Positions 16,514-25,634 of a stretch of DNA of 26,693 bases are shown here, piece after piece. A program made the translations under genes and the position numbers. The stretch comes from Armatimonadota bacterium (GTDB lineage: Bacteria > Armatimonadota > Armatimonadia > Armatimonadales > Armatimonadaceae): positions 1 through 26,693 of the forward strand of contig JAYUUO010000239.1 in NCBI GenBank assembly GCA_043754515.1, read 5' to 3'. The notes under the pieces are model-generated. The model was not told where the DNA came from and made no database searches. It saw only the letters and a list, made by a program, of their open reading frames with translations. Each line of letters opens with the position of its first letter. The stretch's first letter is position 1.

Positions 16514-18160
16514 TTATTGCGGGGGGCGGGACGCGCGCCGTGGGAAGTTGGCGTCCGAGGGGAGTAGCACGTCGCCGTTCGGTAACAGGCGCGGGCCGTC
16601 CTTGCTGGTCAGCGACGGGATTGCCTGCGGATTCCCCGCGTACAGGTTGGTGTACCAGACCACGATCTGGTCGCCGAACAGCAGGCAGATGATCGCGCCC
16701 GCCGCCATGAACGGCACGAAAGGCACGGCGAGGCGCAGGGTGTTCTTGCGGTACATCGCCTTCAGAATCAGGCCGGTCGCCGCGCCCAGAAACGCCGCGA
16801 AGATGAGCGACAGCACCGCCTGACCCGGCCCCAATACCGCGCCGATCGCTACCGCGAGTTTCACGTCGCCGAGCCCCATCCCGCCGTGCGCGCCGCTCTC
16901 TGCCTCCTTCGCGAACTGGTCGGCCTCGGCCTGCGAATCCGCGAACGACAACGGCTCGCCGGATGTCTCGGACTCTGAAACCATAGCCACAACCGCCGCC
17001 TCTTTAGGCGCGTCACTCCAGACCATCGTCTCGACGTTACTCCCGGTGATGACCGGCTCCTCCACTCTATTCACGAGCGTCTGCGCGGCGACCGGCATCG
17101 CCAGCGTTTGCGCCGGAGCGTCGTACTCATAAGGCAAATCGTCGGCACGGAAGAACCGTCTGAGTGCCTGCCCCATGCTCTCGGACGGCACGCGGGTGAG
17201 CACTACGAACGCCGCGAGCGGGAGGACGAAGGCAAGTATGCTCCACGCACCGACCACGAATGTCAGTAGCCCCGCCGTGAGAAGCACGATGAAACCAGGC
17301 GAGAAGCGCAAACGAATCGGGGGGGAATCGTCTTCCTCCACTCTGGCGTCCTCCCCCTCCGATTCGGCGTACCCTTCGGGCGGGGGGGGCGGATCGGCGA
17401 GGGTGAAGAACCGGCGCACGGTAGCACCGAACGGCTCCCAAGGAAGGCGGGCATAGAAGGCGAAGCCGAGGAACGAAACGGTCCACAAAAGTCCCGCATA
17501 GACCGCCGCCCCGACGAAGCCGCGCGGGAGCCAGCCGTAATAGGTGTGGGCCGCGATGGTCTCCTGCCAGATCTTCACGCCGCTCCAGCGAACGGCCATA
17601 TCGGTAGGCACTACGACCTTGAGTAGTATCCAGGCGATGCCGATCACTATCACGTCCCGCGACAAACCGATGATGACGCCGACGCGGTTCAGCGCGTCGG
17701 GCACGATGAAGTGATCCAGGTCAATGAACACGGCGGCGATCAGCACAGACGCGAACAGCGCGAGCAACACGACGTTCACCCAGGCGACCGGGTCCGACCC
17801 GTTGTAGCGGTGGAACAAGGCCACCCAGGTCACGGCGGTGAGCAGTTCCATCGCGAAGTCGCGCCACGGGATCGGCTTGTGACAGGACGAGCAACGCCCG
17901 CGTAACCACAGAAATCCGAGGATGGGAACGTTCTCCCAGGACTCCAGCCGGTGCTGACAATGAGGGCAGTACGAGGGCGGGTTGGAAAGGGAGTAACCGT
18001 TGGGCAGATCCGCCTTATCAGTCAGCTCGATGATCGGGAGGCGGTAGATGACCACGCCGAGGAACGAGCCGACGACGGCTCCGAACATAGCGACGACCAG
18101 ATACCAGAAGTTTTCTAGGAAAGCCGAAACGGCGTATGTGAGCCAGTATTCATCCTGCAT
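16514..18160 (-). CDS. pilD: Prepilin peptidase (A24, PilD-like) with a large internal insertion
   Basis: GSFLGVVIYRLP, Zn-binding CPHC...CSSC, FIDLDH, GMGLGDVKL and VPFVPF. Adjacent to pilC. Confidence 0.9.
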   Translation of the reverse strand: MQDEYWLTYAVSAFLENFWYLVVAMFGAVVGSFLGVVIYRLPIIELTDKADLPNGYSLSNPPSYCPHCQHRLESWENVPILGFLWLRGRCSSCHKPIPWRDFAMELLTAVTWVALFHRYNGSDPVAWVNVVLLALFASVLIAAVFIDLDHFIVPDALNRVGVIIGLSRDVIVIGIAWILLKVVVPTDMAVRWSGVKIWQETIAAHTYYGWLPRGFVGAAVYAGLLWTVSFLGFAFYARLPWEPFGATVRRFFTLADPPPPPEGYAESEGEDARVEEDDSPPIRLRFSPGFIVLLTAGLLTFVVGAWSILAFVLPLAAFVVLTRVPSESMGQALRRFFRADDLPYEYDAPAQTLAMPVAAQTLVNRVEEPVITGSNVETMVWSDAPKEAAVVAMVSESETSGEPLSFADSQAEADQFAKEAESGAHGGMGLGDVKLAVAIGAVLGPGQAVLSLIFAAFLGAATGLILKAMYRKNTLRLAVPFVPFMAAGAIICLLFGDQIVVWYTNLYAGNPQAIPSLTSKDGPRLLPNGDVLLPSDANFPRRASRPPQ

Positions 18161-18186
18161 AAGATCTCACCATATCGTACCGTGGT

Positions 18187-18227
18187 AAAGAGAAAGGGCG
18201 CGACCTTCCGCATCGAAAATCGCGCCC
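18187..18227 (-). terminator. Intrinsic terminator after pilC
   Basis: Minus strand GGGCGCGATTTTC-loop-GAAGGTCGCGCCC followed by TTTCTCTTT. A TACGAT -10 for pilD follows at 18174-18179. Confidence 0.6.
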
Positions 18228-18257
18228 GAATCGGCCGAGAGGGCATCCGCCCGACGA

Positions 18258-19538
18258 CTAGTCGCCGCCGTCCTTGCCGCCCTTGCCGTCGCTATCACCG
18301 CCCGACAGGCCCTGAATCGCGGCCAGAAGCGGCATGAACATCGCGATAACGATGAACCCTACTGTAACGCCTAGGAACACGATCAGGATCGGCTCGATAG
18401 CGGAGGTCAGCGACGCGATCGCGGAGTCTACTTCCTGCTCGTAGAAGTCGGCTATCTTCATCAGCATCGTGTCTAGCGCGCCCGATTCCTGCCCGATGGC
18501 GATCATCTGCACCACCATCGGCGGGAACATCTTCGACTTGCGGAGCGGCTCCGAGATGACGTCCCCTTCGCGGACACGCGCCCTCGCGTCAAGAATCGCG
18601 TCGGAGATGATCTCATTCGAGACGGTACCGGCCACGGTCTCCAGAGCTTGCAGGATCGGAACGCCCGATGACAGGAGCGTCGACAGGGTGCGCGAGAAGC
18701 GGGCGAGGCAGACCTTGTGGTTCAATTTGCCGAACACCGGCACCTTGAGTTTGAGCCGGTCCAGCACGCGGCGCCCGAACTTGGTGCGCCCGAACATCTT
18801 CACGGCGGCGATAGTCACGAACAGGATAATCAGGGCCATCCACCACTTCGACGTCAGGAAGTGCGACGCGTCCATCAGCACCAGCGTCATCACCGGGAAC
18901 TGCGAGCGTTGCAAACCGAGGTCGCGGAAAAGGTCCATGAACTTCGGCAGGATAAAAGTCACCAGAAAGATAACGATCCCGAGCGCGAGGATGGATACGA
19001 TCGCCGGGTACGTCATGGCGGCTTGCACCTTGCGACGTAGCTCCAGGTCTTTTTCGAGGAAGCCGGAAAGCCGCTGCAGAGCCTCCTCCAGTACGCCTCC
19101 GACCTCACCCGCGCGGACAAGACCGACGAACAAGTTATCGAACACGGTGGGATACTTCGCCATCGCTTTCGAGAGCGTGTTACCGGCCTCGACCTCGGAA
19201 CGCAAGTCGTTGATGATGCGGCGCAACTTCGCGGACGTGGACTGCTCGGCGAGCACGTCCAGACAGCGCACGAGCGACACGCCGGCGTCAATCATGGTCG
19301 AGAACTGGCGGCAGAATAGCGAAAGGTCGGTCAGCCGGACGCGGGCGAAGCGGTCAAGGAAACCGCCGCCTTTGGCACCGGCCTTTTTAATGACCACGGC
19401 TTTGGCGGGCTTGACGTCTTTCACGGTCATGCCCTGCTGTGTCAGTCGCTGACGCAGTTCGACGGGCGACGTCGCTTCGGCGGTGCTACTGAGCACCTTG
19501 CCGTCGGCGGCTTTAGCGGTATAGGCGAATACGGGCAT
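18258..19538 (-). CDS. pilC: Type IV pilus/T2SS inner-membrane platform protein (PilC/GspF)
   Basis: FCRQFSTMIDAGV, AGEVGGVL, AMTYP, RFSRTLSTLLSSGVP, GQESGALD.ML and IEP; two T2SSF domains. Confidence 0.95.
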   Translation of the reverse strand: MPVFAYTAKAADGKVLSSTAEATSPVELRQRLTQQGMTVKDVKPAKAVVIKKAGAKGGGFLDRFARVRLTDLSLFCRQFSTMIDAGVSLVRCLDVLAEQSTSAKLRRIINDLRSEVEAGNTLSKAMAKYPTVFDNLFVGLVRAGEVGGVLEEALQRLSGFLEKDLELRRKVQAAMTYPAIVSILALGIVIFLVTFILPKFMDLFRDLGLQRSQFPVMTLVLMDASHFLTSKWWMALIILFVTIAAVKMFGRTKFGRRVLDRLKLKVPVFGKLNHKVCLARFSRTLSTLLSSGVPILQALETVAGTVSNEIISDAILDARARVREGDVISEPLRKSKMFPPMVVQMIAIGQESGALDTMLMKIADFYEQEVDSAIASLTSAIEPILIVFLGVTVGFIVIAMFMPLLAAIQGLSGGDSDGKGGKDGGD

Positions 19539-19640
19539 GGTGTTTGACTAACTCTCTTTCACCGAAACAGTGGATACATCCTCTAACGCGGCGGATGTGG
19601 TGCCGGTTACGGGCGCGGCGGAAATAATTTATCGTGTCTG

Positions 19641-19669
19641 ATTATAGGCGCAAACCACGCCGCCGTCAA
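19641..19669 (-). promoter_or_regulatory. sigma70-type promoter for pilC (TTGACG-N17-TATAAT)
   Basis: -35 at 19664-19669, -10 at 19641-19646, exact 17-nt spacer. Confidence 0.8.
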
Positions 19670-19721
19670 CGCGTTAGACGCGGCCCGGCGGCAGCGGGTT
19701 CCGCTCCCGCGCCAAATCCCC

Positions 19722-19727
19722 TATAAT
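19722..19727 (+). promoter_or_regulatory. -10 element (TATAAT) for the glycosyltransferase
   Basis: Perfect TATAAT 26 nt upstream of the TTG start, divergent from pilC. Confidence 0.55.
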
Positions 19728-19753
19728 GGTGACGCGGCGAAAGGGAAACACAG

Positions 19754-20890
19754 TTGACGACGGCTATCGGAAGATACGAGGGCGGAGCGGACGCGGAGAT
19801 TTTGTGCATTAACACGGGCGGCGTGGGCGACCTGCACGGCCTGCGGATGCGCCGACTCGCGGCGCGACTCGCGACGCCTTGCGCGTTCTACGACCTGGAA
19901 AAGAACGACCGCAAAGGCTCTATGAAGACGCTGTGGGGCATCCTGAACGACCGGCCCTGGCGGCTCGTCTACCAGGAAAGCACCGGCATCGCCGGGGGGA
20001 TCAACCTGATCCGCGCCGCGCGCGAGCGCAAGACGCGATACATCGTCAGTAGCGGCGACCCGATCGAGGGCTTCTTCCGGGTCACGAAGGGCGCGCTGGC
20101 GGGGAAACTATTCGGGGTGTACGAAAGGCTCCTGATGCGCCACAGCGCGGGCTTCATCGGCTGGACGCCGTATCTCACCGGCAGGGCACTGGAGCTAGGC
20201 GCGCCGCGCGGCGTCACGGTGGAAGGGGCCGCCGACCTCGACCTGTTCCGCCCGCTTCCTGAGTCCGAGCGTGAGGCGATACGGCGAGGCTACGGGCTTG
20301 CCCCCGGACACCTCGTCTGCGGCATCGTCGGTAGCCTACTCTGGACGGCGCGGCAACAGTACTGCTACGGCCTGGAACTCGTCGAGGCCGCGCGGAGGCT
20401 CAAGCGGAGTGACGTCTCGTTCCTGATCGTCGGGGACGGCACCGGCAGACCGATTATGCAAGAGCGCGTGCCAGAGTCGCTCAAACACCGGGTCCTGTTC
20501 ACCGGGCGGGTGCCGGAGACGGAGGTGGTCCGCGCGATGAACGCCATGCACATCGGGTTCATTACGCAGACGCTCGACGACCTCGGCTCGTACCGACTGA
20601 CGACCAAGATGCCCGAATATCTCGCCACCGGTTTGCCGATTGGGATCAGTCCCATCCCCGGCTACTTCGACTACATCGGCGAGGCGGCGGGCTGGGCACT
20701 GCCCCCGTACCACCCGGCGAGCGCGACGTTCCACGACAAACTCGCCGCGTGGCTCGAAACCGTGACCGTCGCGGACGCCGAAGCGAAGCGGGCGGCGGCG
20801 CGGGTCGTCGCCGAGGAGCGGTTCGGCTATGACCGCGTCGCCGCCCGCTTCCGCACCTTCGCCGAGTATGTGATCAATCTGCCGGGGTAG
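19754..20890 (+). CDS. Glycosyltransferase, GT-B fold (family 4-like)
   Basis: DLDLFRP, FLIVGDG, VLFTGRVP..EV and TKMPEYLATGLP patterns. Confidence 0.88.
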   Translation: MTTAIGRYEGGADAEILCINTGGVGDLHGLRMRRLAARLATPCAFYDLEKNDRKGSMKTLWGILNDRPWRLVYQESTGIAGGINLIRAARERKTRYIVSSGDPIEGFFRVTKGALAGKLFGVYERLLMRHSAGFIGWTPYLTGRALELGAPRGVTVEGAADLDLFRPLPESEREAIRRGYGLAPGHLVCGIVGSLLWTARQQYCYGLELVEAARRLKRSDVSFLIVGDGTGRPIMQERVPESLKHRVLFTGRVPETEVVRAMNAMHIGFITQTLDDLGSYRLTTKMPEYLATGLPIGISPIPGYFDYIGEAAGWALPPYHPASATFHDKLAAWLETVTVADAEAKRAAARVVAEERFGYDRVAARFRTFAEYVINLPG

Positions 20891-21641
20891 GGACAGGCGG
20901 CGTCATCGCGGACAGCACGAACCGTAGCGTCTCGACGATGTGCTCGTCCCAGTACGCCCAGTTGTGCTCGCCGGGATGCTCGACGTACTCGTGCGGCACC
21001 CCGATCTCGCCCAGAAACGTGTGCAGGTGCCGGTTGTCATCGATCAGAAAATCCCCTGTGCCGCAGTCGAACCGGAGCGCGGGGCGCGTCTCCGAGGACG
21101 ATTGGCGGGCTAAGTGCCACAAGTCCGCGTGTGTGCTCTCGGGGTTCTCGCCGTGTACCCGATTCCACTCGCGCTGTTGCTCGGGCGACCGATCGCGGCG
21201 CGGCGCGTGACCGAACTCGACCGCGCCGGACAGACTCGACGCCGCGCAAAACCGCTCGGGGTGCGCCAGGGCGAGGCGCAACGCGCCGTAGCCGCCCATC
21301 GAAAGCCCGGCGAGCGCGCGGCTGTCCCGCGTCCGCTTCGCCGGGAAGGTGCGCTCGATCCGGTCGGGCAACTCCGTGCCGATAGCGGTCCCGAATGCGA
21401 ACCCTTCCACGGCGTCCAGGTAAAAACCGCGCCCGCCGTCCGGCATGACGACGATCAGCGGAAGCCCCGACACGTACCGCTCGATGCTCGTGTTCCGTGC
21501 CCACGCCGTGTGATCGTCGGAAAGCCCGTGCAACAGATAGAGCGTCGGGTAGGGTGGCTCGCCCACCTCGGGCAGGATGACGTTCGCCGCCGTATGCTTG
21601 CCGAGTGCATTGCTGAAATAACGTAGTTCAAGGAATGACAT
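20874..21641 (-). CDS. Alpha/beta hydrolase esterase (tributyrin/S-formylglutathione esterase-like)
   Basis: YLLHG, GLSMGG nucleophile elbow, DCG.GD and GEHNWAYW. Start at ATG 21641, with TACAAT 6 nt upstream. Confidence 0.92.
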   Translation of the reverse strand: MSFLELRYFSNALGKHTAANVILPEVGEPPYPTLYLLHGLSDDHTAWARNTSIERYVSGLPLIVVMPDGGRGFYLDAVEGFAFGTAIGTELPDRIERTFPAKRTRDSRALAGLSMGGYGALRLALAHPERFCAASSLSGAVEFGHAPRRDRSPEQQREWNRVHGENPESTHADLWHLARQSSSETRPALRFDCGTGDFLIDDNRHLHTFLGEIGVPHEYVEHPGEHNWAYWDEHIVETLRFVLSAMTPPVPTPAD

Positions 21642-22818
21642 GCGAGGATTGTAGCACATCCGCGCCCCGATACTCCGCGAGAATAAGCGCGCGGAGCGGT
21701 GAATCCGGTGCAAGTCCGCAGTGGCCGCTCAGGAACGCGCCCGCGCCCGCGTCCGCTATTTCGTCGCGCATGCTGAGCGAGCCGGGATCAGCGGGGTCGT
21801 GGTAGGCGAGAGCCGCCACGATCACCGTTGCCAGCGCGTTCGGGACGATTCCTTCTTCGAGGCATAGGGACGCCGCGCCGATCAGACGGTCGCCGGGGCG
21901 CAGTTTGCGGGCGGGGTCGTGCGCGACCCGGAACACCGTGTCGCCGAGCGCGCGGCTGGCGAACCGCGCCATCAGGTCATTCGTGAAGTCGGCGAGCGCG
22001 GGTGGGTCGAAGCCGTACCGCGCCGTCAGTGCCGCGCCCGCTTCGGCGAGCGCGGCTTCCGTGATGCTCCGGATGCCCGCGTCCCCGACGCACTCGTAAA
22101 TGTACAGGTACCGGCCCGCGCCCAGATACGCGAGCGCGGCGTGTCCCGCGTTATGTAGATATAGTTTCCGTGCCTCGTAGGCGGCGAAATTGTCAACGGC
22201 TTGCAAGCCGACGATGGCGGGAATGGTGCCCCGGAACATCGCTCGCGCACAGGGGAACTCCGCATACGGCTCGGTCACCAGCAGGAGCGGGTCCTCCGCC
22301 AGATGCGCGGGCGTCGGGCGCGGCACCATGCGCCCGATTACGGTCTCGACCAGTCCGACGTGGGCGTCGAAGTAGTCCCGCGCGCCCGCATCCAGATGCG
22401 GAATTGTATGATCGCGAAGGAACGTCGCGGCGTGCCACTGGTTCTCGCACAGCAGAATGTCAATTGGCGCGGCGGGCTGATGGCGGGAGCGCGCCGCGAT
22501 CCCGGCGGCGAGCAGAGGGGCGATGAGCGGCAGGACGTTCGCGCCGACGCCGGTGCTGACCAGATCCGCCGCCGCGAATTCGGCACGCACGCCTTCCACA
22601 TCGTCGGACGACACGGCGCGTACCGGGGCGACGTGCAGGTCGCGCTTCCCGCCGTCCGGCGAGACGAGGCGCAAGGGGTACTCGCGCCGCGTGTTAAGAA
22701 GACGAACCAACTCCTCCGCGACATCCACGAAGACTACTTCGTAGCCGGATTCGGAGAGGAGTTGCCCGATAAAGCCGCGGCCGATGTTGCCCGCGCCGAA
22801 ATGTAGTGCTTTTTTCAT
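21628..22818 (-). CDS. mtlD: Mannitol-1-phosphate 5-dehydrogenase family protein
   Basis: KALHFGAGNIGRGFIG, CEN, RMVP, RKLYLHNAGHA..AY and RVA.DP.RKL...DRL. No PTS genes nearby, so the substrate is uncertain. Confidence 0.88.
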   Translation of the reverse strand: MKKALHFGAGNIGRGFIGQLLSESGYEVVFVDVAEELVRLLNTRREYPLRLVSPDGGKRDLHVAPVRAVSSDDVEGVRAEFAAADLVSTGVGANVLPLIAPLLAAGIAARSRHQPAAPIDILLCENQWHAATFLRDHTIPHLDAGARDYFDAHVGLVETVIGRMVPRPTPAHLAEDPLLLVTEPYAEFPCARAMFRGTIPAIVGLQAVDNFAAYEARKLYLHNAGHAALAYLGAGRYLYIYECVGDAGIRSITEAALAEAGAALTARYGFDPPALADFTNDLMARFASRALGDTVFRVAHDPARKLRPGDRLIGAASLCLEEGIVPNALATVIVAALAYHDPADPGSLSMRDEIADAGAGAFLSGHCGLAPDSPLRALILAEYRGADVLQSSHVIP

Positions 22819-22988
22819 CTGGTTGCCTCTGGCTTTACACGCTTCGCGCCCCACCCGCGCTACGCCGCGCTACCTCACGATATACGGTACACTAATCGCC
22901 GGGCGGCGTCCACTCTCCGTTACGCATTTTACTACATGCGTGACGCACTATTTAACTAACGCGCCGCGCCCCGCGATACCGTCACACT

Positions 22989-25025
22989 ATGCCCGACACC
23001 GAAAAACGCTACTACGTTACCACCCCGATCTACTACGTCAACGGCTCGCCGCACATCGGCACCGCGACGACGACGATCCTCGCCGACGCCATCAAGCGGT
23101 ATCGCTTCCTGCGCGGCGGGCGGCCTTACTTCCTGACTGGCACCGACGAGAACGCCCGCAAGGTGCTCGAAGCCGCGCAGAATGCGGGCGCGGACCCCAT
23201 GGCGTTCGTGGACGAAGTGTCGCAACGGTTCGTGGACACCTGGAAGTTCCTGAACTGCGACTACGACCAGTTCTTCCGCACGACCGACGCGCGCCACGTC
23301 TTCGTGGTGCAGGATATATTCCGCCGACTACAGGCGACCGGCGACATATACAAAGGCGTCTACGAGGGCTGGTACTCGGTCAAGGACGAGACGTTCTTTC
23401 GCGACACGGATGTTGACGCGCAGACGAAAACCGTCACCGCAGAGGGTGTCAACAAAGGCGCGACCGTGGAGCGGGTACAGGAAGACGCGTATTTCTTCAA
23501 ACTGTCCGCGTACGGCGACCGTCTCAAAGCTCACATTTTAGCGAACCCCGACTTCCTACTACCGGGCACGCGGCGCAACGAAGTGCTGTCCTTCATTGAT
23601 GAGGGGCTACGCGACATCACCGTCACGCAAAACCGCACGGGTTGGGGGATTCCCGTCCCCGGCGACGAGGACAAAGCCGTTGTTTACGTGTGGTTTGACG
23701 CGCTGATCAACTATCTCACCGCGACCGGCTGGCCCGATGCCGGTTACGAAACACTGTGGCCCGCCGACGTACACCTGATGGCGAAAGAGATCTACACCCG
23801 GTTCCACGCGACATTCTGGCCCGCCGTGCTGATGGCGTTAAACCTGCCGCTACCGGGGCATGTGGTCGGGCACGGCTGGTGGACCATCGGCGGGGAGAAG
23901 GGCGCGAAGTCAAAGGGCAACATCCCCGCGCCGCAAGAAATGGTGGCGTACCTGCAAGCCGGGAGCGGGGCGAGCGAGGAGATCTGCGTGGACGCGCTCC
24001 GCTACTACCTGGCTCGCGACATTCGCTTCACCGACGATTCCGAGTTCTCGAAGGAGATGATGGTGTCCCGGTTCAACACGGATCTGGCGAACGACCTGGG
24101 TAACGTCCTGAATCGTACGCTGAGCGCGCGCTACCATACGGGGCAGGTGCCGACGCCGCGCGGGCTGGACCCGGCGCTCAAAGCCGTCGCCGAAGCCGCC
24201 GTCGCGGGCTACGAAAGTGCGCTGGAAAAGTTCGACTGGGGGATCGCGTTGCAGTCGGCGTGGTCGCTTATCTCGGCGGTGAACGTCTACCTGGCGGAAA
24301 ATAAGCCCTGGATCGCGGCAAAGCAGGGCGACGACGCGGCGGTGGCGGACGCCGTGTACAACGCATTAGAGGGCACGCGGCTCGCCGCGCTGATGGTGTC
24401 GCCTGTCATGCCGAACGCGGCGAAGGCGATGGCGCGGCAGCTCGGTATCGCGGAGTCGTTCGGTGCCGAGGGCGCGTGGGAGATCGAGAAGCAGTTCGGC
24501 GTGCTCAAGCCCGGCACGCCAACGGGCGAGGCAACCCCGCTCTTCCCGCGCATTGACATGAGAAAAATCGCGGCGGGGGAAGCGTCTCCGGTCGCCCCCC
24601 CCCCGCCCGAGCGACCAACAGTAGAAAGCGTGACGAAGCCGATGACCGAGAACCTGACAAGCCCCCCCGAAGACCCGCCCGCGAGCGGCGAGCCGGAGTA
24701 CATCACGATTGACGATTTCGCGAAGGTGCAACTGCGCGTCGCGGAGATCCTGTCGGTCGTCCCGGTGCCCAAAGCCGACAAACTGCTCCACATGCGCATC
24801 TCGCTGGGCGAAGGCGACGAGCGCGATCTGCTTTCCGCGATCGCCGAGTGGTACACGCCGGAGGAGCTAACCGGGAAGCGGATTATCGTGATCGCAAACC
24901 TCGCGCCGCGCAAGATGCGCGGCATCGTTTCGCAGGGGATGCTACTTGCGGTAGATGGCCCGGACGGTCGCCCGGTGCTGGTGACGCCCGAGTCCGGCGT
25001 GCCCGCCGGCGCGACGGTTCGATAA
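22989..25025 (+). CDS. metG: Methionine--tRNA ligase with C-terminal tRNA-binding (Trbp111-like) domain
   Basis: TTPIYYVN..PHIGT, TGTDE, YVWFDALINY, DLANDLGN..NR and LFPRID. C-terminal ITIDDFAKV.LR...ANLAPRKMRG..SQGMLLA. Confidence 0.96.
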   Translation: MPDTEKRYYVTTPIYYVNGSPHIGTATTTILADAIKRYRFLRGGRPYFLTGTDENARKVLEAAQNAGADPMAFVDEVSQRFVDTWKFLNCDYDQFFRTTDARHVFVVQDIFRRLQATGDIYKGVYEGWYSVKDETFFRDTDVDAQTKTVTAEGVNKGATVERVQEDAYFFKLSAYGDRLKAHILANPDFLLPGTRRNEVLSFIDEGLRDITVTQNRTGWGIPVPGDEDKAVVYVWFDALINYLTATGWPDAGYETLWPADVHLMAKEIYTRFHATFWPAVLMALNLPLPGHVVGHGWWTIGGEKGAKSKGNIPAPQEMVAYLQAGSGASEEICVDALRYYLARDIRFTDDSEFSKEMMVSRFNTDLANDLGNVLNRTLSARYHTGQVPTPRGLDPALKAVAEAAVAGYESALEKFDWGIALQSAWSLISAVNVYLAENKPWIAAKQGDDAAVADAVYNALEGTRLAALMVSPVMPNAAKAMARQLGIAESFGAEGAWEIEKQFGVLKPGTPTGEATPLFPRIDMRKIAAGEASPVAPPPPERPTVESVTKPMTENLTSPPEDPPASGEPEYITIDDFAKVQLRVAEILSVVPVPKADKLLHMRISLGEGDERDLLSAIAEWYTPEELTGKRIIVIANLAPRKMRGIVSQGMLLAVDGPDGRPVLVTPESGVPAGATVR

Positions 25026-25058
25026 TATAGGCACGCGGCACGCCAGGAGTTAAACGCC

Positions 25059-25550
25059 ATGCCGGGAGATGAGATGACGCTCGATATTTGTGAACGGCTC
25101 ACCGCCGCGCTGGACCGGGTGACCGACCGACTGTTAAACGACCTCCGGGCCATTCCGGAGGCGGATCGCGGCGCGTGTCACGGCGGCGCGACCCGCACCC
25201 CTTATGCAATCGTTATCGAATGCGGCGTGATCAACACGCGCATGGCGGCGGTGCTGGAAAGGGTGACGCTACCCCCGCCCCCGTCCCCGGGCGACTACGA
25301 GGCTATGCGCGATCACCTGACAACACTCGAAGACGTGGCCGATTTCGTGACGCACGAGACGCTGGTGCTGAAACTCGCGGCGCAAGCGGTCGCGCCGGAC
25401 GGCTGGGCGGCGACCGTGCGCCTCTCCCCGACCCGCCCGCCGATGACCCGCTTCGACGCGGTGCTACTCGCGATCAACCACATGGCATACCACGACGGGC
25501 AACTCAACTACCTGCACCTGATGCGCGGCGACGACGCGAGCCACTGGTAA
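25059..25550 (+). CDS. DinB-family protein
   Basis: C-terminal HMAYHDGQLNYL motif, helical pattern, AGGAG RBS. Confidence 0.85.
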   Translation: MPGDEMTLDICERLTAALDRVTDRLLNDLRAIPEADRGACHGGATRTPYAIVIECGVINTRMAAVLERVTLPPPPSPGDYEAMRDHLTTLEDVADFVTHETLVLKLAAQAVAPDGWAATVRLSPTRPPMTRFDAVLLAINHMAYHDGQLNYLHLMRGDDASHW

Positions 25551-25634
25551 TCCCACTTGGGCGAACATCGTATCCTGGCGGTTCGCTTTCCCCACCGGGC
25601 TACAATGGTATAATCGGTCTCGTAGGAAGGTGCC

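Noticed and set aside
18469..19452. Long antisense ORFs (327 aa opposite pilC; similarly 1760-2665, 5298-6020, 7621-8343, 13380-14138 and 24287-25153)
   Set aside because: These are shadow ORFs expected opposite GC-rich genes. They have Arg/Ser/Ala-rich composition and no recognisable motifs.
19582..19678. TCTAACGCG...CGCGTTAGA inverted repeat in the pilC upstream region as an ncRNA
   Set aside because: It overlaps the promoter elements and is more simply explained by those motifs. No independent support for a transcript.
24595..24604. C10 homopolymer in metG (also a G-run near 17382-17389 in pilD) as a phase-variation tract
   Set aside because: Both are in frame and encode Pro-rich linkers. 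metG is a housekeeping gene and there is no evidence of slippage.
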